This document shows positions 15,147-30,600 of a stretch of 64,000 nucleotides of DNA, piece by piece. Each line of letters opens with the position of its first letter. Position 1 is the first letter of the stretch. The translations under genes were made by a program, and so were the position numbers. Below the pieces are notes generated by a model, which saw only the letters and a list, made by a program, of their open reading frames with translations, did no database searches and was not told where the DNA came from. Origin of the DNA: the human T2T-CHM13v2.0 reference genome, Homo sapiens. The stretch lies in NCBI RefSeq assembly GCF_009914755.1, contig NC_060925.1. One strand, given 5' to 3'.

Positions 15147-16922
15147 ATGAAATTGAAATGGATGGACTCATCATCGAATGGATTCGAATGGAATCATCGA
15201 ATAAAATTGATTGAAATCATCATCAAATGGAATCGAATGGTATCATTGAATGGAATCGAATGGAATCATCATCAGATGGAAATGAATGGAATCGTCATAG
15301 AATGGAATCGAATGGATTCATTGAATGGAATCAGATGGAATCATCGAATGGACTGGAATGGAATCATTGAATGGACTCGAGAGGGATCATTATTGAATGG
15401 AATTGAATGGAATCATCGAATGGTCTCGATTGGAATCATTATCAAATGGAATCGAATGGAATCACCGAATAGAATCGAATGGAACAATCATCGAATGGAC
15501 TCCAATGGAATTATCCTCAAATGGAATCGAATGGAATTATCGAATGCAATCGAATGGAATTATCGAATGCAATCGAATAGAATCATCGAATGGACTCGAA
15601 TGGAATCATCGAATGGAATGGAATGGAACAGTCAATGAACTCGAATGGAATCATCATTGAATGGAATCGAATGGAATCATCGAGTGGAATCGAATGGAAT
15701 TATGATCAAATGGAATCGAATGTAATCATCATCAAATGGAATCAAAGATAACCATCATCAATTGGTATTGAATGGATTTGTCATCAAATGGAATTCAAAG
15801 GAATCATCATCAAATGGAACCGAATGGAATCCTCATTGAATGGAAATGAAAGGGGTCATCATCTAATGGAATCGCATGGAATCATCATCAAATGGAATCG
15901 AATGCAATCTTCATCAAATGGAATCTAATGGAATCATTGAACAGAATTGAATGGAATCGTCATCGAATGAATTGAATGCAATCATCGAATGGTCTCGAAT
16001 GGAATCATCTTCTAATGGAAAGGAATGGAATCATCGCATAGAATCGAATGGAATTAACATTGAATGGACTCGAATGGAATCCACATCAAACGGAATCAAG
16101 CGGAATTATCGAATGGAATCGAAGAGAATCATCGAATGGACTCGAATGGAATCATCTAATGGAATGGAATGGAATAATCCACGGACTCGAATGCAATCAT
16201 CATCGTATAGAATCGAATGGAATCATCGAATGGACTCGAATGGAATAATCATTGAACGGAATCAAATGGAATCATCATCGGATGGAAACGAATGGAATCA
16301 TCATCGAATGGAAATGAAAAGAGTCATCATCTAATGGAATTGCATGGAATCATCATAAAATGGAATCGAATGGAATCAACATCAAATGGAATCAAATGGA
16401 ATCATTGAACGGAATTGAATGGAATCGTCATCGAATGAATTGAATGCAATCATCGAATGGTCTCGAATGGAATCATCTTCAAATGTAATGGTATGGAATC
16501 CTCGTATAGAATCGAATGTAATTATCATCGAATGGAATCGAATGAAATCAACAACAAACGGAAAAAAAAGGAATTATCGAATGGAATCGAAGAGAATCAT
16601 CGAATGGACCCGAATGGAATCATCTAATGGAATGGAATGGAATAATCCATGGACTCGAATGCAATCATCATCGAATGGAATCGAATGGAATCATCGAATG
16701 GACTCGAATGGAATAATCATTGAACGGAATCGCATGGAGTCAACATCGGATGGAACTGAATGGAATCATCATCGAATGGAATCGAATAGAATTATGGAAT
16801 GAAATCCAGTGTGATCATCATCGAATGGACCCGAATGAAATCATCATCCAACGGAAGCTAATGGAATCAACATCGAATGAATCAAATGGAAACACCATCG
16901 AATTGAAACGAATGGAATTATC
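15147..16922 (+). repeat. Representative canonical 1776-bp unit (core plus two 468-bp sub-repeats)
   Basis: Landmark spacing 15147 to 16923 is 1776. Sub-repeat landmarks ATGGAATCGTCATCGAATGAATTGAATGC lie at 15951 and 16419, 468 bp apart. Confidence 0.93.
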
Positions 16923-17913
16923 ATGAAATTGAAATGGATGGACTCGTCATCGAATGGATTCGAATGGAATCATCGAATAAAATTGATTGAAGTCATCATC
17001 AAGTGGAATCGAATGGTATCATTGAATGGAATCGAATGGAATCATCAGATGGAAATGAATGGAATCGTCATAGAATGGAATCGAATGGATTCATTGAATG
17101 GAATCAGATGGAATCATCGAATGGACTGGAATGGAATCATTGAATGGACTCGAAAGGGATCATTATTGAATGGAATTGAATGGAATCATCGAATGGTCTC
17201 GATTGGAATCATTATCAAATGGAATCGAATGGAATCACCGAATAGAATCGAATGGAACAATCATCGAATGGACACAAATGGAATTATCCTCAAATGGAAT
17301 CGAATGGAATTATCGAATGCAATCGAATGGAATTATCGAATGCAATCGAATAGAATCATCGAATAGATTCGAATGGAATCATCGAATGGAATGGAATGGA
17401 ACAGTCAATGAACTCGAATGGAATCATCATTGAATGGAATCGAATGGAATCATCGAGTGGAATCGAATGGAATTTTGATCAAAAGGAATCGAATGTAATA
17501 ATCATCAAATGGAATCAAAAATAACCATCATCAATTGGTATTGAATGGAATTGTCATCAAATGGAATTCAAAGGAATCATCATCAAATGGAACCGAATGG
17601 AATCCTCATTGAATGGAAAGGAAAGGGGTCATCATCTAATGGAATCGCATGGAATCATCATCAAATGGAATCGAATGGAATCATCATCAAATGGAATCTA
17701 ATGGAATCATTGAACAGAATTGAATGGAATCGTCATCGAATGAATTGAATGCAATCATCGAATGGTCTCGTTTGGAATCATCTTCTAATGGAAAGGAATG
17801 GAATCACCGCATAGAATCGAATGGAATTAACATTGAATGGACTCGAATGGAATCCACATCAAACGGAATCAAGCGGAATTATCGAACGGAATCGAAGAGA
17901 ATCATCGAATGGA

Positions 17914-18555
17914 CTCGAATGGAATCATCTAATGGAATGGAATGGAATAATCCATGCACTCGAATGCAATCATCATCGAATGGAATCGAATGGAATCATC
18001 GAATGGACTCGAATGGAATAATCATTGAACGGAATCGAATGGAATCATCATCGGATGGAAACGAATGGAATCATCATCGAATGGAAATGAAAGGAGTCAT
18101 CATCTAATGGAATTGCATGGAATAATCATAAAATGGAATCGAATGGAATCGACATCAAATGGAAACAAATGGAATCATTGAACGAAATTGAATGGAATCG
18201 TCATCGAATGAATTGAATGCAATCATCGATTGGTCTCGAATGGAATCATCTAATGGAATGGAATGGAATAATCCATGCACTCGAATGCAATCATCATCGA
18301 ATGGAATCGAATGGAATCATCGAATGGACTCGAATGGAATAATCATTGAACGGAATCGAATGGAATCATCATCGGATGGAAACGAATGGAATCATCATCG
18401 AATGGAAATGAAAGGAGTCATCATCTAATGGAATTGCATGGAATAATCATAAAATGGAATCGAATGGAATCGACATCAAATGGAAACAAATGGAATCATT
18501 GAACGAAATTGAATGGAATCGTCATCGAATGAATTGAATGCAATCATCGAATGGT
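17914..18555 (+). repeat. 321-bp tandem duplication within the sub-repeat region
   Basis: Private variants CCATGCACT, GGAATAATCATA and GGAAACAAAT each occur twice at offset 321. Sub-repeat starts at 18192 and 18513 are 321 bp apart. Confidence 0.92.
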
Positions 18556-21500
18556 CTCGAATGGAATCATCTTCAAATGGAATGGAATGGAATCATCGCA
18601 TAGAATCGAATGGAATTATCATCGAATGGAATCGAAAGGTATCAACAACAAACGGAAAAAAACGGAATTATCGAATGGAATCGAAGAGAATCATCGAACG
18701 GACCGGAATGGAATCATCTAATGGAATGGAATGGAATTATCCATGGACTCGAATGCAATCATCTTCGAATGGAATCGAATGGAATCATCGAATGGACTCG
18801 AATGGAATAATCATTGAATGGAATCGAATGGAATCATCATCGGATGGAAATGAATGGAATCATCATCGAATGGAATCGAATAGAATTATGGAATGAAATC
18901 CAGTGTGATCATCATCGAATGGACCCGAATGGAATCATCATCCAACGGAAGCTAATGGAATCAACATCGAATGAATCGAATGGAAACACCATCGAATTGA
19001 AACGAATGGAATTATCATAAAATTGAAATGGATGGACTCATCATCGAATGGATTCGAATGGAATCATCGAATAAAATTGATTGAAATCATCATCAAATGG
19101 AATCGAATGGTATCATTGAATGGAATCGAATGGAATCATCATCAGATGGAAAAGAATGGAATCGTCATAGAATGGAATCGAATGGATTCATTGAATGGAA
19201 TCAGATGGAATCATCGAATGGACTGGAATGGAATCACTGAATGGACTCGAAAGGTATCATCATTGAATGGAATTGAATGGAATCATCGAATGGTCTCGAT
19301 TGGAATCATTATCAAATGGAATCGAATGAAATCACCGAATAGAATCGAATGGAACAATCATCGAATGGACTAAAATGGAATTATCTTCAAATGGAATGGA
19401 ATGGAATTATCGAATGCAATCGAATGGAATTATCGAATGCAGTCGAATAGAATCATCGAATGGACTCGAATGGAATCATCGAATGGAATGGAATGGAACA
19501 GTCAATGAACTCGAATGGAATCATCATTGAATGGAATCGAATGGAATCATCGAGTGGAATCGAATGGAATTATGATCAAGTGGAATCGAATGTAATCATC
19601 ATCAAATGGAATCAAAAATAACCATCATCAATTGGTAATGAATGGAATTGTCATCAAATGGAATTCAAAGGAATCATCATCAAATGGAACCGAATGGAAT
19701 CCTCATTGAATGGAAATGAAAGGGGTCATCATCTAATGGAATCGCATGGAATCATCATCAAATGGAATCGAATGGAATCTTCATCAAATGGAATCTAATG
19801 GAATCATTGAACAGAATTGAATGGAATGGTCATCGAATGAATTGAATGCAATCATCGAATGGTCTCGAATGGAATCATCTTCTAATGGAAAGGAATGGAA
19901 TCATCGCATAGAATCGAATGGAATTAACATTGAATGGACTCGAATGGAATCCACATCAAACGGAATCAAGCGGAATTATCGAATGGAATCGAAGAGAATC
20001 ATCGAATGGACTCGAATGGAATCATCTAATGGAATGGAATGGAATAATCCACGGACTCGAATGCAATCATCATCGTAGAGAATCGAATGGAATCATCGAA
20101 TGGACTCGAATGGAATAATCATTGAATGGAATCAAATGGAATCATCATCGGATGGAAACGAATGGAATCATCATCGAATGGAAATGAAAAGAGTCATCAT
20201 CTAATGGAATTTCATGGAATCATCATAAAATGGAATCGAATGGGATCAACATCAAATGGAATCAAATGGAATCATTGAACGGAATTGAATGGAATCGTCA
20301 TCGAATGAATTGAATGCAATCATCGAATGGTCTCGAATGGAATCATCTTCTAATGGAAAGGAATGGAATCATCGCATAGAATCGAATGGAATTAAAATTG
20401 AATGGACTCGAATGGAATCAACATCTAACGGAAAAAAACGGAATTATCGAATGGAATCGAACAGAATTATCGAATGGACCCGAATGGAATCATCTAATGG
20501 AATGGAATGGAATAATCCACGGACTCGAATGCAATCATCATCGAATGGAATCGAATGGAATCATCGAACGGACTCGAATGGAATAATCATTGAACGGAAT
20601 CGAATGGAATCATCATCGGATGGAAACGAATGGAATCATCATCGAATGGAAATGAAAGGAGTCATCATCTAATGGAATTTCATGGAATCATCATTGAATG
20701 GAATCGAATGGAATCATCGAGTGGAATCGAATGTAATCATCATCAAATGGAATCAAAAATAACCATCATCAAATGGAATCAAAAATAACCATCATCAATT
20801 GGTATTGAATGGAATTCTCATCAAATGGAATTCAAAGGAATCATCATCAAATGGAACCGAATGGAATCCTCATTGAATGGAAATGAAAGGGGTCATCATC
20901 TAATGGAATCGCATGGAATCATCATAAAATGGAATCGAATGGAATCAACATCAAATGGAATCAAATGGAATCATTGAACGGAATTGAATGGAATCGTCAT
21001 CGAAAGAATTGAATGCAATCATCGAATGGTCTCGAATGGAATCATCTTCAAATGGAATGGAATGGAATCATCGCATAGAATCGAAAGGAATTATCATCGA
21101 ATGGAATCGAATGGAATCAACACCAAACGGAAAAAAACGGAATTATCGAATGGAATCGAAGAGAATCATCGAATGGACCCGAATGGAATCATCTAATGGA
21201 ATGGAATGGAATAATCCATGGACTCGAATGCAATCATCATCGAATGGAATCGAATGGAATCATCGAATGGACTCGAATGGAATAATCATTGAACGGAATC
21301 GAATGGAATCATCATCGGATGGAAACGAATGGAATCATCATCGAATGGAATCGAATAGAATTATGGAATGAAATCCAGTGTGATCATCATCGAATGGACC
21401 CGAATGGAATCATCATCCAACGGAAGCTAATGGAATCAACATCGAATGAATCGAATGGAAACACCATCGAATTGAAACGAATGGAATTATCATGAAATTG

Positions 21501-22330
21501 AAATGGATGGACTCATCATCGAATGGATTCGAATGGAATCATCGAATAAAATTGATTGAAATCATCATCGAATGGTATCGAATGGTATCATTGAATGGAA
21601 TCGAATGGAATCATCATCAGATGGAAATGAATGGAATCGTCATAGAATGGAATCGAATGGATTCATTGAATGGAATCAGATGGAATCATCGAATGGACTG
21701 GAATGAAATCATTGAATGGACTCGAAAGGGATCATTATTGAATGGAATTGAATGGAATCATTGAATGGTCTCGATTGGAATCATTATCAAATGGAATCGA
21801 ATGGAATCGTCGAATAGAATCGAATGGAACAATCATCGAATGGACTCAAATGGAATTATCCTCCAATGGAATCGAATGGAATTATCGAATGCAATCGAAT
21901 GGAATTATCGAATGCAATCGAATAGAATCATCAAATGGACTCGAATGGAATCATCGAATGGAATGGAATGGAACAGTCAATGAACTCGAATGGAATCATC
22001 ATTGAATGGAATCGAATGGAATCATCGAGTGGAATCGAATGGAATTATGATCAAAGGGAATCGAATGTAATCATCATCAAATGGAATCAAAAATAACCAT
22101 CATCAATTGGTATTGAATGGAATTCTCATCAAATGGAATTCAAAGGAATCATCATCAAATGGAACCGAATGGAATCCTCATTGAATGGAAATGAAAGGGG
22201 TCATCATCTAATGGAATCGCATGGAATCATCATCAAATGGAATCGAATGGAATCATCATCAAATGGAATCTAATGGAATCATTGAACAGAATTGAATGGA
22301 ATCGTCATCGAATGAATTGAATGCAATCTT

Positions 22331-22624
22331 CGAATGGTCTCGAATGTAATCACATTCTAATGGAAAGGAATGGAATCATCGCATAGAATCGATTGGAATT
22401 AACATTGAATGGACTCGAATGGAATCAACATCAAACGGAATCAAGCGGAATTATCGAATGGAATCGAAGAGAATCATCGAATGGTCTCGAATGGAATCAT
22501 CTTCTAATGGAAAGGAATGGAATCATCGCATAGAATCGAATGGAATTAACATTGAATGGACTCGAATGGAATCAACATCAAATGGAATCAAGCGGAATTA
22601 TCGAATGAAATCGAAGAGAATCAT
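22331..22624 (+). repeat. 147-bp tandem duplication in the first sub-repeat (1923-bp unit), copy 1
   Basis: CGAATGGTCTCGAATG at 22331 and 22478, with GGAATCAAGCGG present twice 147 bp apart. Unit length is 1923 = 1776+147. Confidence 0.92.
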
Positions 22625-25600
22625 CGAATGGACTCGAATGGAATCATCTAATGGAATGGAATGGAATAATCCACGGACTCGAATGCAATCATCATCGTTT
22701 AGAATCGAATGGAATCATCGAAAGGACTCGAATGGAATAACCATTGAACGGAATCGAATGGAATCATCATCGGATGGAAACGAATGGAATCATCATCGAA
22801 TGGAAATGAAAGGAGTCATCATCTAATGGAATTGCATGGAATCATCATCAAATGGAATCGAATGGAATCATCATCAAATGGAATCAAATGGAATCATTGA
22901 ACGGAATTCAATGGAATCGTCATCGAATGAATTGAATGCAATCATCGAATGGTCTCGAATGGAATCATCTTCAAATGGAATGGAATGGAATCATCGCATA
23001 GAATCGAATGGAATTATCATCGAATGGAATCGAATGGTATCAACATCAAACGGAAAAAAACGGAATTATCGAATGGAATCGAAGAGAATCTTCGAACGGA
23101 CCCGAATGGAATCATCTAATGGAATGGAATAGAATAATCCATGGACTCGAATGCAATCATCATCGAATGGAATCGAATGGAATCATTGAAAGGACTCGAA
23201 TGGAATAATCATTGAACGGAATCGAATGGAATCATCATCGGATGGAAATGAATGGAATCATCATCGAATGGAATTGAATAGAATTATGGAATGAAATCCA
23301 GTGTGATCATCATCGAATGGACCCGAATGGAATCATCATCCAACGGAAGCTAATGGAATCAACATCGAATGAATCGAATGGAAACACCATCGAATTGAAA
23401 CGAATGGAATTACCATGAAATTGAAATGGATGGACTCATCATCGAATGGATTCGAATGGAATCATCGAATAAAATTGATTGAAATCATCATCGAATGGAA
23501 TCGAATGGTATCATTGAATGGAATCGAATGGAATCATCATCAGATGGAAATGAATGGAATCGTCATAGAATGGAATCGAATGGATTCATTGAATGGAATC
23601 AGATGGAATCATCGAATGGACTGGAATGGAATCATTGACTGGACTCGAAAGGGATCATTATTGAATGGAATTGAATGGAATCATCGAATGGTCTCGATTG
23701 GAATCATTATCAAATGGAATCGAATGGAATCACCGAATAGAATCGAATGGAACAATCATCGAATGGACTCAAATGGAATTATCCTCAAATGGAATCGAAT
23801 GGAATTATCGAATGCAATCGAATGGAATTATCGAATGCAATCGAATAGAATCATCGAATGGACTCGAATGGAATCATCGAATGGAATGGAATGGAACAGT
23901 CAATGAACTCGAATGGAATCATCATTGAATGGAATCGAATGGAATCATCGATTGGAATCGAATGGAATTATGATCAAATGGAATCGAATGTAATCCTCAT
24001 CAAATGGAATCAAAAATAACCATCATCAATTGGTATTGAATGGAATTGTCATCAAATGGAATTTAAAGGAATCATCATCAAATGGAACCGAATGGAATCC
24101 TCATTGAATGGAAATGAAAGGGGTCATCATCTAATGGAATCGCATGGAATCATCATCAAATGGAATCGAATGGAATCATCATCAAATGGAATCTAATGGA
24201 ATCATTGAAAGAATTGAATGGAATCATCATCGAATGAATTGAATGCAATCATCGAATGGTCTCGAATGGAATCATCTTCTAATGGAAAGGAATGGAATCA
24301 TCGCATAGAATCGAATGGAATTATCATCGAATGGAATCGAATGGTATCAACACCAAACGGAAAAAAACGGAATTAACGAATGGAATCGAAGAGAATCTTC
24401 GAACGGACCCGAATGGAATCATCTAATGGAATGGAATGGAATAATCCATGGACTCGAATGCAATCATCATCGAATGGAATCGAATGGAATCATCGAATGG
24501 ACTCGAATGGAATAATCATTGAACGGAATCGAATGGAATCATCATCGGATGGAAACGAATGGAATCATCATCGAATGGAAATGAAAGGAGTCATCATCTA
24601 ATGGAATTGCATGGAATCATCATAAAATGGAATCGAATGGAATCAACATCAAATGGAATCAAATGGAATCATTGAACGGAATTGAATGGAATCGTCATCG
24701 AATGAATTGAATGCAATCATCGAATGGTCTCGAATGGAATCATCTTCAAATGGAATGGAATGGAATCATCGCATAGAATCGAATGGAATTATCATCGAAT
24801 GGAATCGAATGGAATCAACATCAAACGGAAAAAAACGGAATTATCGAATGGAATCGAAGAGAATCATCGAATGGACCCGAATGGAATCATCTAATGGAAT
24901 GGAATGGAATAATCCATGGACTCGAATGCAATCATCATCGAATGGAATCGAATGGAATCATCGAATGGACTCGAATGGAATAATCATTGAATGGAATCGA
25001 ATGGAATCATCATCGGATGGAAATGAATGGAATCATCATCGAATGGAATCGAATAGAATTATGGAATGAAATCCAGTGTGATCATCATCGAATGGACCCG
25101 AATGGAATCATCATCCAACGGAAGCTAATGGAATCAACATCGAATGAATCGAATGGAAACACCATCGAATTGAAACGAATGGAATTACCATGAAATTGAA
25201 ATGGATGGACTCATCATCAAATGGATTCGAGTAGAATCATCGAATAAAATTGATTGAAATCATCATCGAATGGAATCGAATGGTATCATTGAATGGAATC
25301 GAATGGAATCATCATCAGATGGAAATGAAAGGAATCGTCATAGAATGGAATCGAATGGATTCATTGAATGGAATCAGATGGAATCTTCGAATGGACTGGA
25401 ATGGAATCATTGAATGGACTCGAAAGGGATCATTATTGAATGGAATTGAATGGAATCATCGAATGGTCTCGATTGGAATCATTATCAAATGGAATCGAAT
25501 GGAATCACCGAATAGAATCGAATGGAACAATCATCGAATGGACTCAAATGGAATTATCCTCAAATGGAATTGAATGGAATTATCGAATGCAATCGAATGG

Positions 25601-27336
25601 AATTATCGAATGCAATCGAATAGAATCATCGAATGGACTCGAATGGAATCAACGAATGGAATGGAATGGAACAGTCAATGATGTCGAATGGAATCATCAT
25701 TGAATGGAATCGAATGGAATCATCGAGTGGAATCGAATGTAATCATCATCAAATGGAATCAAAAATAACCATCATCAAATGGAATCAAAAATAACCATCA
25801 TCAATTGGTATTGAATGGAATTCTCATCAAATGGAATTCAAAGGAATCATCATCAAATGGAACCGAATGGAATCCTCATTGAATGGAAATGAAAGGGGTC
25901 ATCATCTAATGGAATCGCATGGAATCATCATCAAATGGAATCGAATGGAATCAACATCAAATGGAATCAAATGGAATCATTGAACGGAATTGAATGGAAT
26001 CGTCATCGAATGAATTGAATGCAATCATCGAATGGTCTCGAATGGAATCATCTTCAAATGGAATGGAATGGAATCATCGCATAGAATCGAATGGAATTAT
26101 CATCGAATGGAATCGAATGGAATCAACATCAAACGGAAAAAAACGGAATTATCGAATGGAATCGAAGAGAATCATCGAATGGACCCGAATGGAATCATCT
26201 AATGGAATGGAATGGAATAATCCATGGACTCGAATGCAATCATCATCGAATGGAATCGAATGGAATCATCGAATGGACTCGAATGGAATAATCATTGAAC
26301 GGAATCGAATGGAATCGTCATCGGATGGAAATGAATGGAATCATCATCGAATGGAATCGAATAGAATTATGGAATGAAATCCATTGTGATCATCATCGAA
26401 TGGACCCGAATGGAATCATCATCCAACGGAAGCTAATGGAATCAACATCGAATGAATCGAATGGAAACACCATCGAATTGAAACGAATGGAATTACCATG
26501 AAATTGAAATGGATGGACTCATCATCGAATGGATTCGAATGGAATCATCGAATAAAATTGATTGAAATCATCATCGAATTGTATCGAATGGTATCATTGA
26601 ATGGAATCGAATGGAATCATAATCAGATGGAAATGAATGGAATCGTCATAGAATGGAATCGAATGGATTCATTGAATGGAATCAGATGGAATCATCGAAT
26701 GGACTGGAATGGAATCATTGAATGGACTCGAAAGGGATCATGATTGAATGGAATTGAATGGAATCATCGAATGGTCCCGATTGGAATCATTATCAAATGG
26801 AATCGAATGGAATCACCGAATAGAATCGAATGGAACAATCATCGAATGGACTCCAATGGAATTATCCTCAAATGGAATCGAATGGAATTATCGAATGCAA
26901 TCGAATGGAATTATCGAATGCAATCGAATAGAATCATCGAATGGACTCGAATGGAATCATCGAATGGAATGGAATGGAACAGTCAATGAACTCGAATGGA
27001 ATCATCATTGAATGGAATCGAATGGAATCATCGAGTGGAATCGAATGGAATTATGATCAAATGGAATCGAATGTAATCATCATCAAATGGAATCAAAAAT
27101 AACCATCATCAATTGGTATTGAATGGAATTGTCATCAAATGGAATTCAAAGGAATCATCATCAAATGGAACTGAATGGAATCCTCATTGAATGGAAATGA
27201 AAGGGGTCATCATCTAATGGAATCGCATGGAATCATCATCAAATGGAATCGAATGGAATCATCATCAAATGGAATCTGATGGAATCATTGAACAGAATTG
27301 AATGGAATCGTCATCGAATGAATTGAATGCAATCAT

Positions 27337-27630
27337 CGAATGGTCTCGAATGTAATCACATTCTAATGGAAAGGAATGGAATCATCGCATAGAATCGAAT
27401 GGAATTAACATTGAATGGACTCGAATGGAATCAACATCAAACGGAATCAAGCGGAATTATCGAATGGAATCGAAGAGAATCATCGAATGGTCTCGAATGG
27501 AATCATCTTCTAATGGAAAGGAATGGAATCATCTCATAGAATCGAATGGAATTAACATTGAATGGACTCGAATGGAATCAACATCAAATGCAATCAAGCG
27601 GAATTATCGAATGAAATCGAAGAGAATCAT
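27337..27630 (+). repeat. 147-bp tandem duplication (1923-bp unit), copy 2
   Basis: Same structure as at 22331. Unit 26498 to 28421 is 1923 bp. Confidence 0.92.
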
Positions 27631-30600
27631 CGAATGGACTGGAATGGAATCATCTAATGGAATGGAATGGAATAATCCACGGACTCGAATGCAATCATCA
27701 TCGTATAGAATCGAATGGAATCATCGAAAGGACTCAAATGGAATAACCATTGAACGGAATCGAATGGAATCATCATCGGATGGAAACGAATGGAATCATC
27801 ATCGAATGGAAATGAAAGGTGTCATCATCTAATGGAATTGCATGGAATCATCATCAAATGGAATCGAATGGAATCATCATCAAATGGAATCAAATGGAAT
27901 CATTGAACGGAATTGAATGGAATCGTCATCGAATGAATTGAATGCAATCATCGAATGGTCTCGAATGGAATCATCTTCAAATGGAATGGAATGGAATCAT
28001 CGCATAGAATCGAATGGAATTATCATCGAATGGAATAGAATGGTATCAACATCAAACGGAAAAAAACGGAATTATCGAATGGAATCGAAGAGAATCTTCG
28101 AACGGGCCCGAATGGAATCATCTAATGGAATGGAATGGAATAATCCATGGACTCGAATGCAATCATCATCGAATGGAATCGAATGGAATCATTGAATCGA
28201 CTCGAATGGAATAATCATTGAACGGAATCGAATGGAATCATCATCGGATGGAAATGAATGCAATCATCATCGAATGGAATCGAATAGAATTATGGAATGA
28301 AATCCAGTGTGATCATCATCGAATGGACCCGAATGGAATCATCATCCAACGGAAGCTAATGGAATCAACATCGAATGAATCGAAAGGAAACACCATCGAA
28401 TTGAAACGAATGGAATTATCATGAAATTGAAATGGATGGACTCATCATCGAATGGATTCGAATGGAATCATCGAATAAAATTGATTGAAATCATCATCGA
28501 ATGGAATCGAATGGTATCATTGAATGGAATCGAATGGAATCATCATCAGATGGAAATGAATGGAATCGTCATAGAATGGAATCGAATGGATTCATTGAAT
28601 GGAATCAGATGGAATCATCGAATGGACTGGAATGGAATCATTGAATGGACTCGAAAGGGATCATTATTGAATGGAATTGAATGGAATCATCGAATGGTCT
28701 CGATTGGAATCATTATCAAATGGAATCGAATGGAATCACCGAATAGAAACGAATGGAACAATCATCGAATGGACTCAAATGGAATTATCCTCAAATAGAA
28801 TCGAATGGAATTATCGAATGCAATCGAATGGAATTATCGAATGCAATCGAATAGAATCATCGAATGGACTCGAATGGAATCATCGAATGGAATGGAATGG
28901 AACAGTCAATGAACTCGAATGGAATCATCATTGAATGGAATCGAATGGAATCATCGAGTGGAATCGAATGGAATTATGATCAAATGGAATCGAATGTAAT
29001 CATCATCAAATGGAATCAAAAATAACCATCATCAATTGGTATTGAATGGAATTGTCATCAAATGGAATTCAAAGGAATCATCATCAAATGGAACCGAATG
29101 GAATCCTTATTGAATGGAAATGAAAGGGGTAATCATCTAATGGAATCGCATGGAATCATCATCAAATGGAATCGAATGGAATCATCATCAAATGGAATCT
29201 AATGGAATCATTGAAAAGAATTGAATGGAATCATCATCGAATGAATTGAATGCAATCATCGAATGGTCTCGAATGGAATCATCTTCTAATGGAAAGGAAT
29301 GGAATCATCGCATAGAATCGAATGGAATTATCATCGAATGGAATCGAATGGTATCAACACCAAACGGAAAAAAACGGAATTATCGAATGGAATCGAAGAG
29401 AATCTTCGAACGGACCCGAATGGAATCATCTAATGGAATGGAATGGAATAATCCACGGACTCGAATGCAATCATCATCGTATAGAATCGAATGGAATCAT
29501 CGAAAGGACTCGAATGGAATAACCATTGAACGGAATCGAATGGAATCATCATCGGATGGAAACGAATGGAATCATCATCGAATGGAAATGAAAGGAGTCA
29601 TCATCTAATGGAATTGCATGGAATCATCATAAAATGGAATCGAATGGAATCATCATCAAATGGAATCAAATGGAATCATTGAACGGAATTGAATGGAATC
29701 GTCATCGAATGAATTGAATGCAATCATCGAATGGTCTCGAATGGAATCATCTTCAAATGGAATGGAATGGAATCATCGCATAGAATCGAATGGAATTATC
29801 ATCGAATGGAATCGAATGGAATCAACATCAAACGGAAAAAAACGGAATTATCGAATGGAATCGAAGAGAATCATCGAATGGACCCGAATGGAATCATCTA
29901 ATGGAATGGAATGGAATAATCCATGGACTCGAATGCAATCATCATCGAATGGAATCGAATGGAATCATCGAATGGACTCGAATGGAATAATCATTGAACG
30001 GAATCGAATGGAATCATCATCGGATGGAAATGAAAGGAGTCATCATCTAATGGAATTGCATGGAATCATCATAAAATGGAATCGAATGGAATCAACATCA
30101 AATTGAATCAAATGGAATCATTGAACGGAATTGAATGGAATCGTCATCGAATGAATTGAATGCAATCATCGAATGCTCTCGAATGGAATCATCTTCAAAT
30201 GGAATGGAATGGAATCATCGCATAGAATCAAATGGAATTATCATCGAATGGAATCGAATGGAATCAACATCAAACGGAAAAAAACGGAATTATCGAATGG
30301 AATCGAAGAGAATCATCGAATGGACCCGAATGGAATCATCTAATGGAATGGAATGGAATAATCCATGGACTCGAATGCAATCATCATCGAATGGAATCGA
30401 ATGGAATCATCGAATTGTCTCGAATGGAATAATCATTGAATGGAATCGAATGGAATCGTCATCGGATGGAAATGAATGGAATCATCATCGAATGGAATCG
30501 AATAGAATTATGGAATGAAATCCAGTGTGATCATCATCGAATGGACCCGAATGGAATCATCATCCAACGGAAGCTAATGGAATCAACATCGAATGAATCG

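Larger units (their letters stand above)
20683..30030 (+). repeat. ~5006-bp super-repeat (1923 + ~1776 + 1308 units), about 1.9 copies
   Basis: Matching landmarks and structural variants at offset 5006-5007: 20988/25994, 21492/26498, 22331/27337, 23415/28421, 24218/29225, 24686/29693. Confidence 0.78.

Noticed and set aside
22331-22624. 147-bp duplication equals the nucleosome core length
   Set aside because: Sufficiently explained as 3 x 49 bp between two near-identical boxes. Nucleosome repeat length includes linker, and nothing in the sequence supports phasing.
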